A stretch of DNA of 64,000 nt, taken from contig JBBRPR010000002.1 of NCBI GenBank assembly GCA_038227875.1, positions 43,316 through 107,315 of the forward strand. The letters are read 5' to 3'. Below are positions 1 to 9,758 of the stretch, one piece after another (position 1 is the stretch's first letter; each line of letters opens with the position of its first letter). Source of the stretch: Planctomycetota bacterium (GTDB lineage Bacteria; Planctomycetota; SZUA-567; H5-PLA8). The notes under the pieces were generated by a model. That model was not told the origin of the DNA, did not search any database, and saw nothing but the letters and a program-made list of their open reading frames with translations. The position numbers were made by a program, and so were the translations under genes.

Positions 1-1
1 C

Positions 2-1384
2 ACCGCCCGCAAGAACATGGAGCTGAAACTCAATCACGATGTCTTCCACGATTCGCTCACCGATCTCCCCAACCGCGCGCTGTTCATGGAGCGGTTGAAG
101 CATGCCATGACCCGCATCGGCCGCCGCGATGGCGTGCATATCGCGGTGCTCTTCATCGATCTGGACCGCTTCAAAATCGTCAACGACAGCCTCGGGCACA
201 GTGCCGGCGACCAGTTGCTGGTCGAATTTGCGCGCCGCGTCGCGGCCTGTCTGCGCCCCAGCGACACACTCGCGCGGCTGGGCGGCGATGAATTCTGCGT
301 GATCATCGAAGACATCGTCAACATCGACGAAGCCAATCTCGTCGCCAGCCGGATTCAGGAACAGTTCAAGCAGCCGATCACGGTAAAAGACAACGACCTG
401 TTCGTCACCGCCAGCATGGGCATCGCGCTGAGCACGCCCAACTACCACAGTTGGGAGGATCTGCTGCGCGACGCCGATATCGCCATGTATCGCGCCAAGA
501 CCAAGGGGCATTCGTGTTTGGAATCGTTCAACGAGGACATGCACGCGCATGCCAAAACCGTTCTGAATCTCGAAAGCGGCCTTCATCACGCCGTCCGGTC
601 CATCTCGGCCACCGCCAGTGGCCTGCACCGCGCCGTCGAGTCGAAGGAATTCCAGCTCGACTACCAGCCCATCGTTTCGCTGCCGACCGGCCGCATCACC
701 GGTTTTGAAGCGCTGATCCGTTGGCAGCATCCCAAGCGCGGCCGCGTGCTGCCCAACCTCTTCATTCCCATCGCCGAAGAGACGGAATTGATCGTTCCCA
801 TTACGTTCTGGGTCCTGCGCGAAGCCTGCACGCAGATGCTCAACTGGCAGAAGAAGTACCCCAAGCTTGCCACGGTAAGCATGAACGTGAACCTCTCGGC
901 AAAGTCCTTTGGGCAGGCCGATCTCATTCCGCAGATCGCCGCCATCCTTCAGGAGACCGGTCTGAAAGGCTCGAGCTTAAAGATCGAAATCACCGAACGG
1001 GTGATCATGAAAAGCTCCAACGCCACCGCCAACGTGCTCTCGGATCTGAAGAGCCTCGGCGTACAACTGTGCCTCGACGATTTCGGGACGGGCTATTCGT
1101 CGCTGAGCTACCTGCACAGTTTCCCGCTGGACGCCGTGAAGATCGACCGCTCGTTTGTCAGTAAATTGAGCAACGAAGAGAGCAAGACCAAAGGCATCAT
1201 GCGTGCCATCATGATCCTCGCGCGCAATTTGAAGATGTCAGTCGTCGCCGAAGGCGTTGAAACGATTGAACAGCTCCGCGAACTGCGTAAACTCAACTGC
1301 GATTACGCCCAGGGCTATTTGTTCTCCCGGCCCGTCGAAGCCCCTGTGATTGAGAAGCTGATCGCGACGAACGCGGTCTGGTAG
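2..1384 (+). CDS. GGDEF-EAL diguanylate cyclase/phosphodiesterase (N-terminally truncated by window edge)
   Basis: Frame is open to the window start (TARKNME, typical PAS-GGDEF junction). [10 protein letters not shown], intact GGDEF, EAL (GFEALIRW), [10 protein letters not shown] and VVAEGVE motifs. Confidence 0.95.
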   Translation, partial: TARKNMELKLNHDVFHDSLTDLPNRALFMERLKHAMTRIGRRDGVHIAVLFIDLDRFKIVNDSLGHSAGDQLLVEFARRVAACLRPSDTLARLGGDEFCVIIEDIVNIDEANLVASRIQEQFKQPITVKDNDLFVTASMGIALSTPNYHSWEDLLRDADIAMYRAKTKGHSCLESFNEDMHAHAKTVLNLESGLHHAVRSISATASGLHRAVESKEFQLDYQPIVSLPTGRITGFEALIRWQHPKRGRVLPNLFIPIAEETELIVPITFWVLREACTQMLNWQKKYPKLATVSMNVNLSAKSFGQADLIPQIAAILQETGLKGSSLKIEITERVIMKSSNATANVLSDLKSLGVQLCLDDFGTGYSSLSYLHSFPLDAVKIDRSFVSKLSNEESKTKGIMRAIMILARNLKMSVVAEGVETIEQLRELRKLNCDYAQGYLFSRPVEAPVIEKLIATNAVW

Positions 1385-1391
1385 GTTCTCG

Positions 1392-2972
1392 TCATTTCGG
1401 CCAGGCATTCAAGCGGATCACGCGAATGTGCTTGGTCGTCCACGAGACCCCGCTCGCGTCGCCGATGCTCTTTGCAAAAATGTGGAGCACCAGACCGTTG
1501 ATCGTGTCGGCACCGGATCCGGGTTGGCTGTACGAAATTTTTTCGTCCATCGTGTACTGCGCCAGTTTGCCCGTGCGGTCGACGATGAAGCGGTTCACGG
1601 CGTTGTTGGATGTCGTGGTCTCCGTTTTTTCCGTCCCCGGACCTCCCGAAGCCAAATGCTCCATCGGACCGTTCGGCACCCGCCGGGCCTGGGTGAACAG
1701 GGCCAGCTGATGGCCGTGGCCATCCAATAGTTCGATGCCAACTTCGTACGCGCCGGTGAAACTCATTTCGTTATCCAGATCGATTTCGACCGGTCGCTCA
1801 TCCAGTGCGATCACTTTTGAAAACAGTCCGACTTCCGGAAACAGCCGCTCGTGCGTGAGCAGCCGGGTGGCCTGGTTGCCACCGGACATCATGTTGAGCT
1901 TCGACTGATCGATCTGCCAGATCGTGTAGCCCAGCTTCGGCGGCGGATAAACGCGCGCCCAGAATTTATCCAGCTCCGGCTTTTCGAACCGGTCTTCGTA
2001 AATCAACGCTAACTCGCGCACCGGCGGCGTCGCTTCAGCCGGAGTTTGCGGCGAAGCGATCGGCATCGCGACGGATTGCGTTTGCAGCGGCGAGGCAGCC
2101 GGCGCATTTGCGGACGTATTCACGGCCGTGTACGCCAGCAGTCCCAGGATCACCACCAGCGCGGCCGCGCCCGATGCGATCAGCGCCTTCGAAAGCGGCG
2201 CGGGGCCCTTCGGCACCAGCCGCATGCTCTGAGCGGCGTGGTTTGGCAACTTCAATAATTTTTCGTGGCAGCGCGCCAGCAGCGGGCCGTCTTCCGTGGC
2301 CAGTTTCATCGCCAGTAGCACCGCCCACGACGCGGGCAGCGCGGAGTATCCGGCCTTGCGCAGACCATTGCGCAAATAGTCTAGCGCTTCGTTGATGCGC
2401 GTCGAGACGGTCACCTGGCTGCAATGAAGTTCCGCGGCGATCTCCGTCTGCGGCAGGTTGGCGGAAAAATAGAGCGCGATGGGGACGCGCAGTTTTTCGG
2501 GCAGTTCGCGCACCAGCTCGGCGACCTTCTGACGCGCTTCTTCCATCTGCGCGGAATCCTCGGCGGCGGTCCCGCCCGCTCCGCCGGTTCGTTCGCTCTC
2601 TGTCTGCATGCGTTGAATCTCGCGCCTTTCACTCCTGCGTTTGGTATTGATGTGAATGGCCTTGCGTGCGACGACCGTGGCAAGCCAGCCGGCGATGCTG
2701 CTTTTGCGCAGGCTTTTCTTGCGCACGGCGCGGAAGAAACTCAAAAAAGCTTCCTGCACGATCTCTTCCGCGTCGTTGGGTCCGGCCATGTGCCGCGCCA
2801 GCCCGAACACCCGGCGCTCATGCCGTTCGACCAGCGTGCGCCACGCCTCCAGAAACGCCGGGTCGTCACACGACTCCGCCGCGGAGAGAATGTGGATCAA
2901 CTCCGCATCGCCGCGTCCGGTTTCGGCCGCGACCGAAGCTTCGGTCAGGTGTGTGTCGCCCATTTCAGTCAT
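1392..2972 (-). CDS. ECF sigma-70 factor with C-terminal TM segment and extracytoplasmic domain
   Basis: Region 2 (LVERHERRVF..AEEIVQEAFL..WLATV) and region 4 (LPEKLRVPIALYF..QTEIAAEL..TVSTRI), then hydrophobic ALIASGAAALVVILGLLAY and a beta-rich tail. Start uncertain (2972 or 2963). Confidence 0.85.
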   Translation of the reverse strand: MTEMGDTHLTEASVAAETGRGDAELIHILSAAESCDDPAFLEAWRTLVERHERRVFGLARHMAGPNDAEEIVQEAFLSFFRAVRKKSLRKSSIAGWLATVVARKAIHINTKRRSERREIQRMQTESERTGGAGGTAAEDSAQMEEARQKVAELVRELPEKLRVPIALYFSANLPQTEIAAELHCSQVTVSTRINEALDYLRNGLRKAGYSALPASWAVLLAMKLATEDGPLLARCHEKLLKLPNHAAQSMRLVPKGPAPLSKALIASGAAALVVILGLLAYTAVNTSANAPAASPLQTQSVAMPIASPQTPAEATPPVRELALIYEDRFEKPELDKFWARVYPPPKLGYTIWQIDQSKLNMMSGGNQATRLLTHERLFPEVGLFSKVIALDERPVEIDLDNEMSFTGAYEVGIELLDGHGHQLALFTQARRVPNGPMEHLASGGPGTEKTETTTSNNAVNRFIVDRTGKLAQYTMDEKISYSQPGSGADTINGLVLHIFAKSIGDASGVSWTTKHIRVIRLNAWPK

Positions 2973-3116
2973 CCGTTTACTGGAGCACGTTCGCGCCAAC
3001 AAAAGGGTAGTGTGGACTTCTCTTCTCGTTAACGGAGGAATTTGGAAGAATTCGAAGATTTAGTTATCTGAGCCTTAAACCGGCAGAAACTTCCCGCGCA
3101 TGTTGGGTTTTAACCA

Positions 3117-3134
3117 GGGCACCAATTGGTGCCC
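3117..3134. promoter_or_regulatory. Perfect 18-bp palindrome GGGCACCAATTGGTGCCC between divergent ECF genes
   Basis: Read directly. Operator role is inferred. Confidence 0.5.
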
Positions 3135-3342
3135 AGGTAGCCTTGCCTACCCCCAAGCCCCGGGGCCTGAGGGTACCTCCCAAATTGTTTTCAGATTCCG
3201 TTGGTAAAGAAAATTCTCATCCGGATAGGTAGGTGAGAAACGGCGGACGCGCCAAGTCAGGCGGATCAAAGTGGGGCAAGTCATGCTAAGATTCCCAGCT
3301 GAGACGCAAACCCGGCGCGCGCCGCCTATACAGGCACAGGGC

Positions 3343-4791
3343 ATGGCCATCGAACTCAGCGACGACGAACTGCTCGTGAGTATCGCGCAGGAACGCAGCC
3401 AGGAAGCGTTTGCGGAGCTGCACCGCCGTTACGCGCACCTCTGTTTCAACGTGGCGCTCAACACCACCGGAAACCGTTCGCTGGCCGAAGAGGCGCTCCA
3501 GGAAGCGCTCCTGCAAATCTGGCTTTCGGCCGGGTCGTATCAACCCGGCAACGCCCGCGGCTGGATTCTCCGGATCGTCGCGCACGAAAGTCTGGATCTG
3601 GTTCAGACGCAGCAAAAAGGAAAAAAACGGATGGAGGCGGAGATCTCCCGAAACGAATCGAGCGGCTCTGCGGGCATCGCGGAACACGCCGAACACGGCG
3701 AGTTGCTGAATGCGCTGCGCCGGGTCCTGCACGACCTTCCCGCGCGCGACCGCCAACTGGTCGCGCTTCATTTTGGAGCGGGGCTGACGCAGCAGGAAAT
3801 CAGCGCCGCGCTGGTGATGCCGCAGCAGACGATCTCGTTCAAAATCAAGAAGGTCCTCGACGATCTGCGCGGCCGGCTGGCGGTTGCCGGCTTTGCCGCC
3901 ACAGCCCCGCTGCTCTCCGCCGAATGGATGAGCGAAGCGATCTGCAGCGGCGTGCCCGAACCGCAGGGTGTGGGCGTCCAGGTGCTCTCGAAACTCGCCT
4001 CAAAGAGTCGCGCCATGCGCAGCGCGCCGAAGCTGGCCAAAGCGGCGAAGGTAGCCGGCATCAGCAAAGGTCTGCTGGTGGGCGGAGCGGTCCTGATGGC
4101 CGGCGCGCTGGCGACAGCCGCATGGTTTGCGACCGCGAAGTCCGCTCCGCAGACGCCGGCTGTCCTCGTGCCGATAGTCCCAGCGAAGGATGAAATTTCG
4201 CAACGCTGGTCGTTCGACGACGGCATCCCGACGGACCTTTCGCCGGCCGACGCAGCGACCCGGAGCAAATGGCAGTGGAAAAAGACGGAGGTCGGCGGCG
4301 AGTTGGTTTCGCCGGTGCCGGTGGTGCTGAATCTGCCGATCACCGCGCCCAAGCAACCGTTCGCCATCACCGCGCACTTTGATATCCAGGAAAGTCCGCA
4401 CAACGTCTTCAGTGGTGCGTGCTGGAGGGCTGACCACAAGGCTGTGCCCATGCACGAATGGTCGATGACCAAAGACTACACCAAAAAGGAGCGACCCAAG
4501 ACGGTCGTGCACACCGTTTACTTTTTTGACCGGACGATCGTCGACATCGTCGATGGTTCTCTGTCAAAAGTGTCGCAAGCCGAGCAGCCGTATCCGACCG
4601 ACAAAGTCAGCCTGATCTTCATGAAGTGCGGTCTGTTGGACCTGGAGTACCACACGCTGTCGGAAGCGGAACGCGCGACGCTGGACGCCAAGAAACTGAT
4701 CGACCAGGCCGTTGCCGGTGGCTACGACCAGGCGGATATCCCGGCGCTCGAACTGCGTTCGGACTGGCTGGACGAGAAGAAGAGCAAGTAA
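3343..4791 (+). CDS. ECF sigma-70 factor with C-terminal TM segment and extracytoplasmic domain
   Basis: SDDELL..QEAFAELHRRY, AEEALQEALLQIW, GWILRI; region 4 LPARDRQLVALHF..QQEISAAL; TM GLLVGGAVLMAGALATAAWFA. Start set at ATG 3343. Confidence 0.87.
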   Translation: MAIELSDDELLVSIAQERSQEAFAELHRRYAHLCFNVALNTTGNRSLAEEALQEALLQIWLSAGSYQPGNARGWILRIVAHESLDLVQTQQKGKKRMEAEISRNESSGSAGIAEHAEHGELLNALRRVLHDLPARDRQLVALHFGAGLTQQEISAALVMPQQTISFKIKKVLDDLRGRLAVAGFAATAPLLSAEWMSEAICSGVPEPQGVGVQVLSKLASKSRAMRSAPKLAKAAKVAGISKGLLVGGAVLMAGALATAAWFATAKSAPQTPAVLVPIVPAKDEISQRWSFDDGIPTDLSPADAATRSKWQWKKTEVGGELVSPVPVVLNLPITAPKQPFAITAHFDIQESPHNVFSGACWRADHKAVPMHEWSMTKDYTKKERPKTVVHTVYFFDRTIVDIVDGSLSKVSQAEQPYPTDKVSLIFMKCGLLDLEYHTLSEAERATLDAKKLIDQAVAGGYDQADIPALELRSDWLDEKKSK

Positions 4792-4887
4792 ACGCAACTT
4801 CAGTGGCTGAATTTTCCGAGCCGTTTTCGGCGCGGTAGGTGGCGCATTGTCGCTGCACAAAGGAAGGTCTGCTTGCTTTTAACCATC

Positions 4888-4933
4888 AGGAAAATTTTCC
4901 TTAAGGTTCCGACCGTGTTGACCATGGTCAACA
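4888..4933. promoter_or_regulatory. Two perfect palindromes upstream of the N-acyl synthase operon: AGGAAAATTTTCCT (4888-4901) and TGTTGACCATGGTCAACA (4916-4933)
   Basis: Read directly, about 107-150 bp upstream of ATG 5040. Confidence 0.6.
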
Positions 4934-5039
4934 GGGTTCCCGCTCGCTCAACTTTTTCTAAAGATTCTGCCTTTAGCCGTTCGCGAACCCAGCACTTCCA
5001 TCTAGAAGCGCACCGAGAGTCGAACCACGGAGGCCAGCC

Positions 5040-5894
5040 ATGCTTTACGCGGAAGACGAGAAGATTTTGGGGTTGAACCGAGTCCGTCGCCCATCGGCGG
5101 TGTCGCAGGCCCTGCGGGCTATTCGGGACGACGTCAGCATTGGCCGCCAATCCTGGCTGGCCGACGGTTACCGCATTCTCGTCGCCGCCGACCGCGAAAC
5201 GCGCGAACGCGCGTACACGCTGGCGCACCGCGTCTACCAGCGTGCCGGTTACGTTTCCGAAAGTAGCGAGGAACTCTGTGTCTCGCCGCACGATGCCTCC
5301 GAACACACGCTGACCTTGCTGGCGCTGGATCCCGACGGCAACGATTGCGCGACGATCTCGCTGGTCTTTGATTCGGCCATCCACGGACTGCCCTGCGATG
5401 AAATCTACCGCGCCGAAGCCGACGTTCTGCGCGCCGGCGGCTGCCGCCTGGCCGAAGTCACGCGCCTGGCCATCGACGAATCCTGCGTAGGCGCCAAGCA
5501 CCTGCTGCTCCACCTCTTCAACCAATGTTACATCTTCGCGCGCATCGTCCGCGGGCACACCGATCTGCTGGTCGAAGTCAATCCGCGGCACGTCGCCTAC
5601 TACAAGCGCCTGCTGCGCTTCTCGGTCGCCGGTCCGGAACGTCCGTGCTCACGCGTTCAAAATGCGCCGGCGCTGCTGCTGCGCTTAAACTTCGACGAGA
5701 TCGAAGCAGCCGTAAAAGGCACCGGCTGCACCGGCGGCCGTGGCGCTGACGGCAAACGGTTGCATGCCTATCCGTACTCCAAACCGGAAGAAGACGCCGT
5801 CGCGCGCTTCCTGGCCCGACAGCACCGCCCCATGTCCGCCGAAGACGCGCGCTACTTCCGCCTGCAGAGTCTGTCCAAGGAGTCTCGCCAGTGA
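5040..5894 (+). CDS. FeeM-like long-chain N-acyl amino acid synthase (GNAT/LuxI-related fold)
   Basis: AYTLAHRVYQRAGY, ATISLVFDS..GLPCDEIY, LAEVTRLAID, LLVEVNPRHVAYYKRLLRF, RVQNAPALLLRL. GGAGG RBS at 5029-5033. Confidence 0.85.
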   Translation: MLYAEDEKILGLNRVRRPSAVSQALRAIRDDVSIGRQSWLADGYRILVAADRETRERAYTLAHRVYQRAGYVSESSEELCVSPHDASEHTLTLLALDPDGNDCATISLVFDSAIHGLPCDEIYRAEADVLRAGGCRLAEVTRLAIDESCVGAKHLLLHLFNQCYIFARIVRGHTDLLVEVNPRHVAYYKRLLRFSVAGPERPCSRVQNAPALLLRLNFDEIEAAVKGTGCTGGRGADGKRLHAYPYSKPEEDAVARFLARQHRPMSAEDARYFRLQSLSKESRQ

Positions 5895-7543
5895 GCATCG
5901 AACTCTGCGTCGCTCCGGCCTGCGAACTGGACACCGCGATTGCCGCCTGGCGTGAACTGCTGGGAGATTCCGGCGTCACGGCTGGAAGCACGTACCGCGC
6001 CAACACTGCGGGGATAGAGCGGGAGATTCCCGCCGTGGTGATTCCGCGCAGCGCCGCGGATGTGGCCGACATCGTCCGCATTGCCGCGGGGCACCGCGTG
6101 CCGCTCTATCCGATCAGCACGGGAAAAAATTGGGGCTATGGCTGCGCCAATCCGGTCACCGACGGCTGCGCGCTCGTGGACCTTTCGCGTCTGAATAAAA
6201 TTCTCAACTTCGATGCCGAACTGGGCCTGCTCACCGTCCAGCCCGGCGTCACGCAGCGCGTGCTCAAAGAATTCCTCGACGCCAACAAGCTCCCGTTCCT
6301 GGTGCCGACCACCGGAGCCGGACCCGATGCCAGTCTGCTCGGCAACGCGATGGAACGCGGCTACGGTTTGACGCCGCACGCCGATCACTTCGGCGCCGTG
6401 ATGTCGCTAGAAGCGGTGCTGCCCAACGGCGAACTCTACCGCTCCGCGCTGACGGAAGCCGGCGGCGCGTCCGTCGACAATGCGTTCAAGTGGGGTTTGG
6501 GACCATACCTCGATGGCCTCTTCACGCAGGGCAATTTCGGCATCGTCACGCAGATTACGATTGCGTTGGCGCCCGTGCCCGAGCGCATCGAAGCGTTTTT
6601 CTTCTCCGTCGAAAAGTCTGAGCAGCTCGAAGAAGCCGTCACCGCCGTGCGCCGGATTTTGAATACCGTCGGCGGCGTCACCGGCTCGCTGAACCTGATG
6701 AACGCGCGTCGGGTGCTCTCGATGGTTGAAGCCTATCCCGCCTCGCGCGTGCCCTGCGGCGGTGTGATGCCCGATCCACTCGTGCGCGAACTTGCCGCGC
6801 GGAATCAGGTCATGGCGTGGACCGGCGTCGGGGCGCTGTACGGCACGAAGCAAGTTGTGCGCGCCGCGCGGTCGGAAATCCGCCGCGCGCTCCGGCCGTT
6901 CGCTCGCAACGTGATCTTTCTGACGCAGAGCGAAGTCCGCACGGCGCAGAAAGTCGTGAGCTGGATTCCGCTGCTGCGCGATTCGCGCGTGGCGAAAATG
7001 CTGCAGCGCATCGACGGATTTCTCGACAACGCGTCCGGCCAGCCCAGCGAGATCGCACTGCCGCTGGCGTATTGGAAATCGGGAACGCTGCCCCAAAAAG
7101 GCACGCCGCTCAATCCTGCTCGCGACGGTTGCGGACTGCTCTGGTACGCGCCGCTGATTCCGATGAAAGCCGAGCGCGTCCGCGCGTACGTGGAACTGGT
7201 CACACGCATCTGCGTTGAACACGGGATGGAACCGCTGATCACGCTGACCAGTCTTTCCAACCGCTGCTTCGACAGCACCGTGCCGCTGCTTTACAACAAA
7301 GACAACCCCGACGAATCCGCGCGCGCCCACGCCTGCTTTGACGCGCTCTTCCGCGCCGGCCAGGCCGAAGGCTTCCTGCCCTACCGGATGGGCGTGCAGT
7401 CGATGCATCACGTCGTCGACGCGGATAAGCCGTGCTGGAAACTGAGCGCAGCGATCAAGCATGCGATCGATCCCGATAACGTCATCGCACCGGGGAGATA
7501 CGCCGAAGTGAGAGCGGGTAGAAGGCAGGGGCAGGGGCAGTAG
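5891..7543 (+). CDS. FAD-linked oxidoreductase, p-cresol methylhydroxylase/vanillyl-alcohol oxidase family (FeeG-like)
   Basis: PISTGKNWGYG, VDLSRLNKI, VQPGVTQ, GNAMERGYG, FKWGLGPYLDGLFTQGNFGIVT, C-terminal IKHAIDPDNVIAPGRY. GTGA overlap with the upstream gene. Confidence 0.9.
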   Translation: MSIELCVAPACELDTAIAAWRELLGDSGVTAGSTYRANTAGIEREIPAVVIPRSAADVADIVRIAAGHRVPLYPISTGKNWGYGCANPVTDGCALVDLSRLNKILNFDAELGLLTVQPGVTQRVLKEFLDANKLPFLVPTTGAGPDASLLGNAMERGYGLTPHADHFGAVMSLEAVLPNGELYRSALTEAGGASVDNAFKWGLGPYLDGLFTQGNFGIVTQITIALAPVPERIEAFFFSVEKSEQLEEAVTAVRRILNTVGGVTGSLNLMNARRVLSMVEAYPASRVPCGGVMPDPLVRELAARNQVMAWTGVGALYGTKQVVRAARSEIRRALRPFARNVIFLTQSEVRTAQKVVSWIPLLRDSRVAKMLQRIDGFLDNASGQPSEIALPLAYWKSGTLPQKGTPLNPARDGCGLLWYAPLIPMKAERVRAYVELVTRICVEHGMEPLITLTSLSNRCFDSTVPLLYNKDNPDESARAHACFDALFRAGQAEGFLPYRMGVQSMHHVVDADKPCWKLSAAIKHAIDPDNVIAPGRYAEVRAGRRQGQGQ

Positions 7544-7705
7544 GCGGCAGGAGTTGTGTCGCGAAATTCCTACCTTATATTGATGCTGTTCCACCTTATT
7601 AAGAAAGAAATTGACCGCGCGGAGGAACAAGGTGATAGTCACTTGTTCAGGACCGCACATGCGCGGGCAGTTGGCCTCATCTGATCCAAACCTGGATCTG
7701 CTCCG

Positions 7706-8890
7706 ATGGCACAAAATCCACAACACATTACCGCTAAAATTCCGGCCGAAGGCAGTCAGGCGGAATTGGCTGCGGCACATGCGCACGATCTGGCCAGCGT
7801 CACGGCGACGGTTGTCGCGATCAAGCGGATGCTCGCGCCGAACGCCACTGTCGATCTCGATGCGCTCACCGAACTCTCCACGACTTTCGATACGATCGGC
7901 AAAGACACCAGCCGGCGCCTGAATAAATGCGTGTCGTATTTGAGCGTCAACAATCTCGCGTCGGCCGTGGAGCTTTCTGAGGCGGCGCCGGCGCTCCTGG
8001 ATGTACTGCGCCAAGTCGCCTCAGTGGATGCGAAAGCCTGGAACGCGCTGCTCGCCAAACACAAACGCGTGCCGCCGCCGCCGCTCAATTCGCGGCAAAT
8101 GAAACAACTGGAGGACGCGTACGCGCAGCCGGAAGCGCTGGCGCTGCTGCGCAAAGCGTGTGATGCGCCGCAGCAGGCCAAGGCCAGCACGCTGGAGCGC
8201 ATCGCCTCGGCGCGGCGGATGCGCCTGCTGGACCGCGGCAATCCCGATTGGATCACGCGGCTGTCAGCGCTGGAAGTGCGGCGGCAGAATGAAATTCTCG
8301 CCATCGTTTCCGCGAAGACCGCGCCGACGCACTCACTGCAGGATGCCGGCGAATTGGTTGCGGAACTCGCGCAGCCGCAATGGCTGGTTCTGCCGCCGCA
8401 GAAACTGATCGAGGCGGCGAAACAGTTTCAGAATCAAATCCGCCAGCAGGAACTGGAGGAGATGCTCGATGGTGTGCTCGATAAAATTCTCGAAGCGCGC
8501 GAGCAGCATGATTATGTCGGGATGGAGAACATCCTCCGCGACGTCAAGTCGCTGAGCGACGACGCTGGGATTCCGCCCGGGCAGCTTGAGGCGATTCAGG
8601 AAGCGCGGGACTGGCTGGCGACGCAGAACGAGAAATTTCATCAGCAGATCAACGAGCTCGAACTGCTGCTCGACGATCTCGCGCCGTCGCGGCAAGTTCG
8701 ATATGTCCTGCGTGAAATTGAAGAGACCGGACGGGCGCTGCCGCCGATCATGTTTCAGCGCACGACGTCGTACCTCGCGCAGCACGACATCGGCGAGCGG
8801 CGGCGCTCACGCCAGCTGCGTGTCGTTTTGATTCTGGTGGCGCTGGCGGCCGCTGCTGCGGCAGTTTGGTATGTGATCAACAAGGCTTAA
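7706..8890 (+). CDS. Hypothetical alpha-helical protein with a single C-terminal membrane anchor
   Basis: 394-aa ORF, helical/coiled-coil composition, RRRSRQLR followed by VVLILVALAAAAAAVWYVI. First gene of the ExbB-like operon. Confidence 0.8.
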   Translation: MAQNPQHITAKIPAEGSQAELAAAHAHDLASVTATVVAIKRMLAPNATVDLDALTELSTTFDTIGKDTSRRLNKCVSYLSVNNLASAVELSEAAPALLDVLRQVASVDAKAWNALLAKHKRVPPPPLNSRQMKQLEDAYAQPEALALLRKACDAPQQAKASTLERIASARRMRLLDRGNPDWITRLSALEVRRQNEILAIVSAKTAPTHSLQDAGELVAELAQPQWLVLPPQKLIEAAKQFQNQIRQQELEEMLDGVLDKILEAREQHDYVGMENILRDVKSLSDDAGIPPGQLEAIQEARDWLATQNEKFHQQINELELLLDDLAPSRQVRYVLREIEETGRALPPIMFQRTTSYLAQHDIGERRRSRQLRVVLILVALAAAAAAVWYVINKA

Positions 8891-8915
8891 AGGTTCCGCT
8901 CTACGGAGGTTCGCG

Positions 8916-9758
8916 ATGCTGTCATGGGAACTGGAAGACATTGAGCGGCGCTTGTGGTTTAAAGGCGGCAAGCAGACCAACGTCAGCCCGGTGTTGTCGC
9001 TGATCTTGGGGCTGCTGATGACGGCCGCGTTTTACGGCACGCTGCGCGTGTTTCCCGGAGCGTACTTCGCGCGCATCTGGACGGAACTGGGCTGGGTGCC
9101 GTACGCGATCGCAATCATGTTCTTCTGGGGGCTAGCGGTATTGATTTTCAAGTGGCGCAAGCTGGCGCTGCAGAAACGCGCGCTGAACATTAGGGTTGTG
9201 CCGCTCGATTATGGCTTCGTCCTCTCCCCACAGTCGGCCGATCAGATCCTGGAGACGCTGTACAAGAGCGTGCAGGATCCGGAGCGCTTCATGCTCTTCA
9301 ACCGCATCCTGCGCGCCTTGTCGAATCTGAAAAATCTCGGCCGCGTCGCCGACGTCGAAATCATCATCCGCGCGCAGTCGGACATGGATCACAACGTCCT
9401 GGAAAGTTCGTACACGATTCTCAAGGGCATCATCTGGGCCATGCCGGTGCTCGGCTTTATCGGCACGGTGCTGGGCTTGTCGGAAGCGATCGGCGGCTTC
9501 GGTTCGGTGCTCGCGGCGGGGGGCGAATTGTCGGCGCTGCGCGATTCGCTGCGCGGCGTCGTTGCGGGATTGTCAGTGGCGTTCGGGACCACGTTCGAAG
9601 GGCTGATCACCACGCTGGTGCTGCAGATTGTCTTGAGCTTCTTTCGCAAGGCCGAGGAGGAATTTCACGAGGCGTGCGACGATTACTGCCATCGTTATCT
9701 CGTCAGCCGCTTGCGAATGGTGAAGCAGGAAGAGTCTGAAGTGGAGGCGGTCCACTGA
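8916..9758 (+). CDS. MotA/TolQ/ExbB proton-channel family protein
   Basis: WAMPVLGFIGTVLGL and GLSVAFGTTFEGL TM motifs. GGAGG RBS. Confidence 0.9.
   Translation: MLSWELEDIERRLWFKGGKQTNVSPVLSLILGLLMTAAFYGTLRVFPGAYFARIWTELGWVPYAIAIMFFWGLAVLIFKWRKLALQKRALNIRVVPLDYGFVLSPQSADQILETLYKSVQDPERFMLFNRILRALSNLKNLGRVADVEIIIRAQSDMDHNVLESSYTILKGIIWAMPVLGFIGTVLGLSEAIGGFGSVLAAGGELSALRDSLRGVVAGLSVAFGTTFEGLITTLVLQIVLSFFRKAEEEFHEACDDYCHRYLVSRLRMVKQEESEVEAVH

Noticed and set aside
4840-4857. TGGCGCATTGTCGCTGCA as a sigma-54 promoter for the FeeM-like operon
   Set aside because: GG-to-GC spacing is 9 or 12, not the required 10.
6407-8014. Long antisense ORFs (also 14166-15575, 25053-26624, 29278-30744, 37824-39152, 44051-45394)
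   Set aside because: They are shadows of well-supported genes on the opposite strand, expected with GC-rich codon bias.
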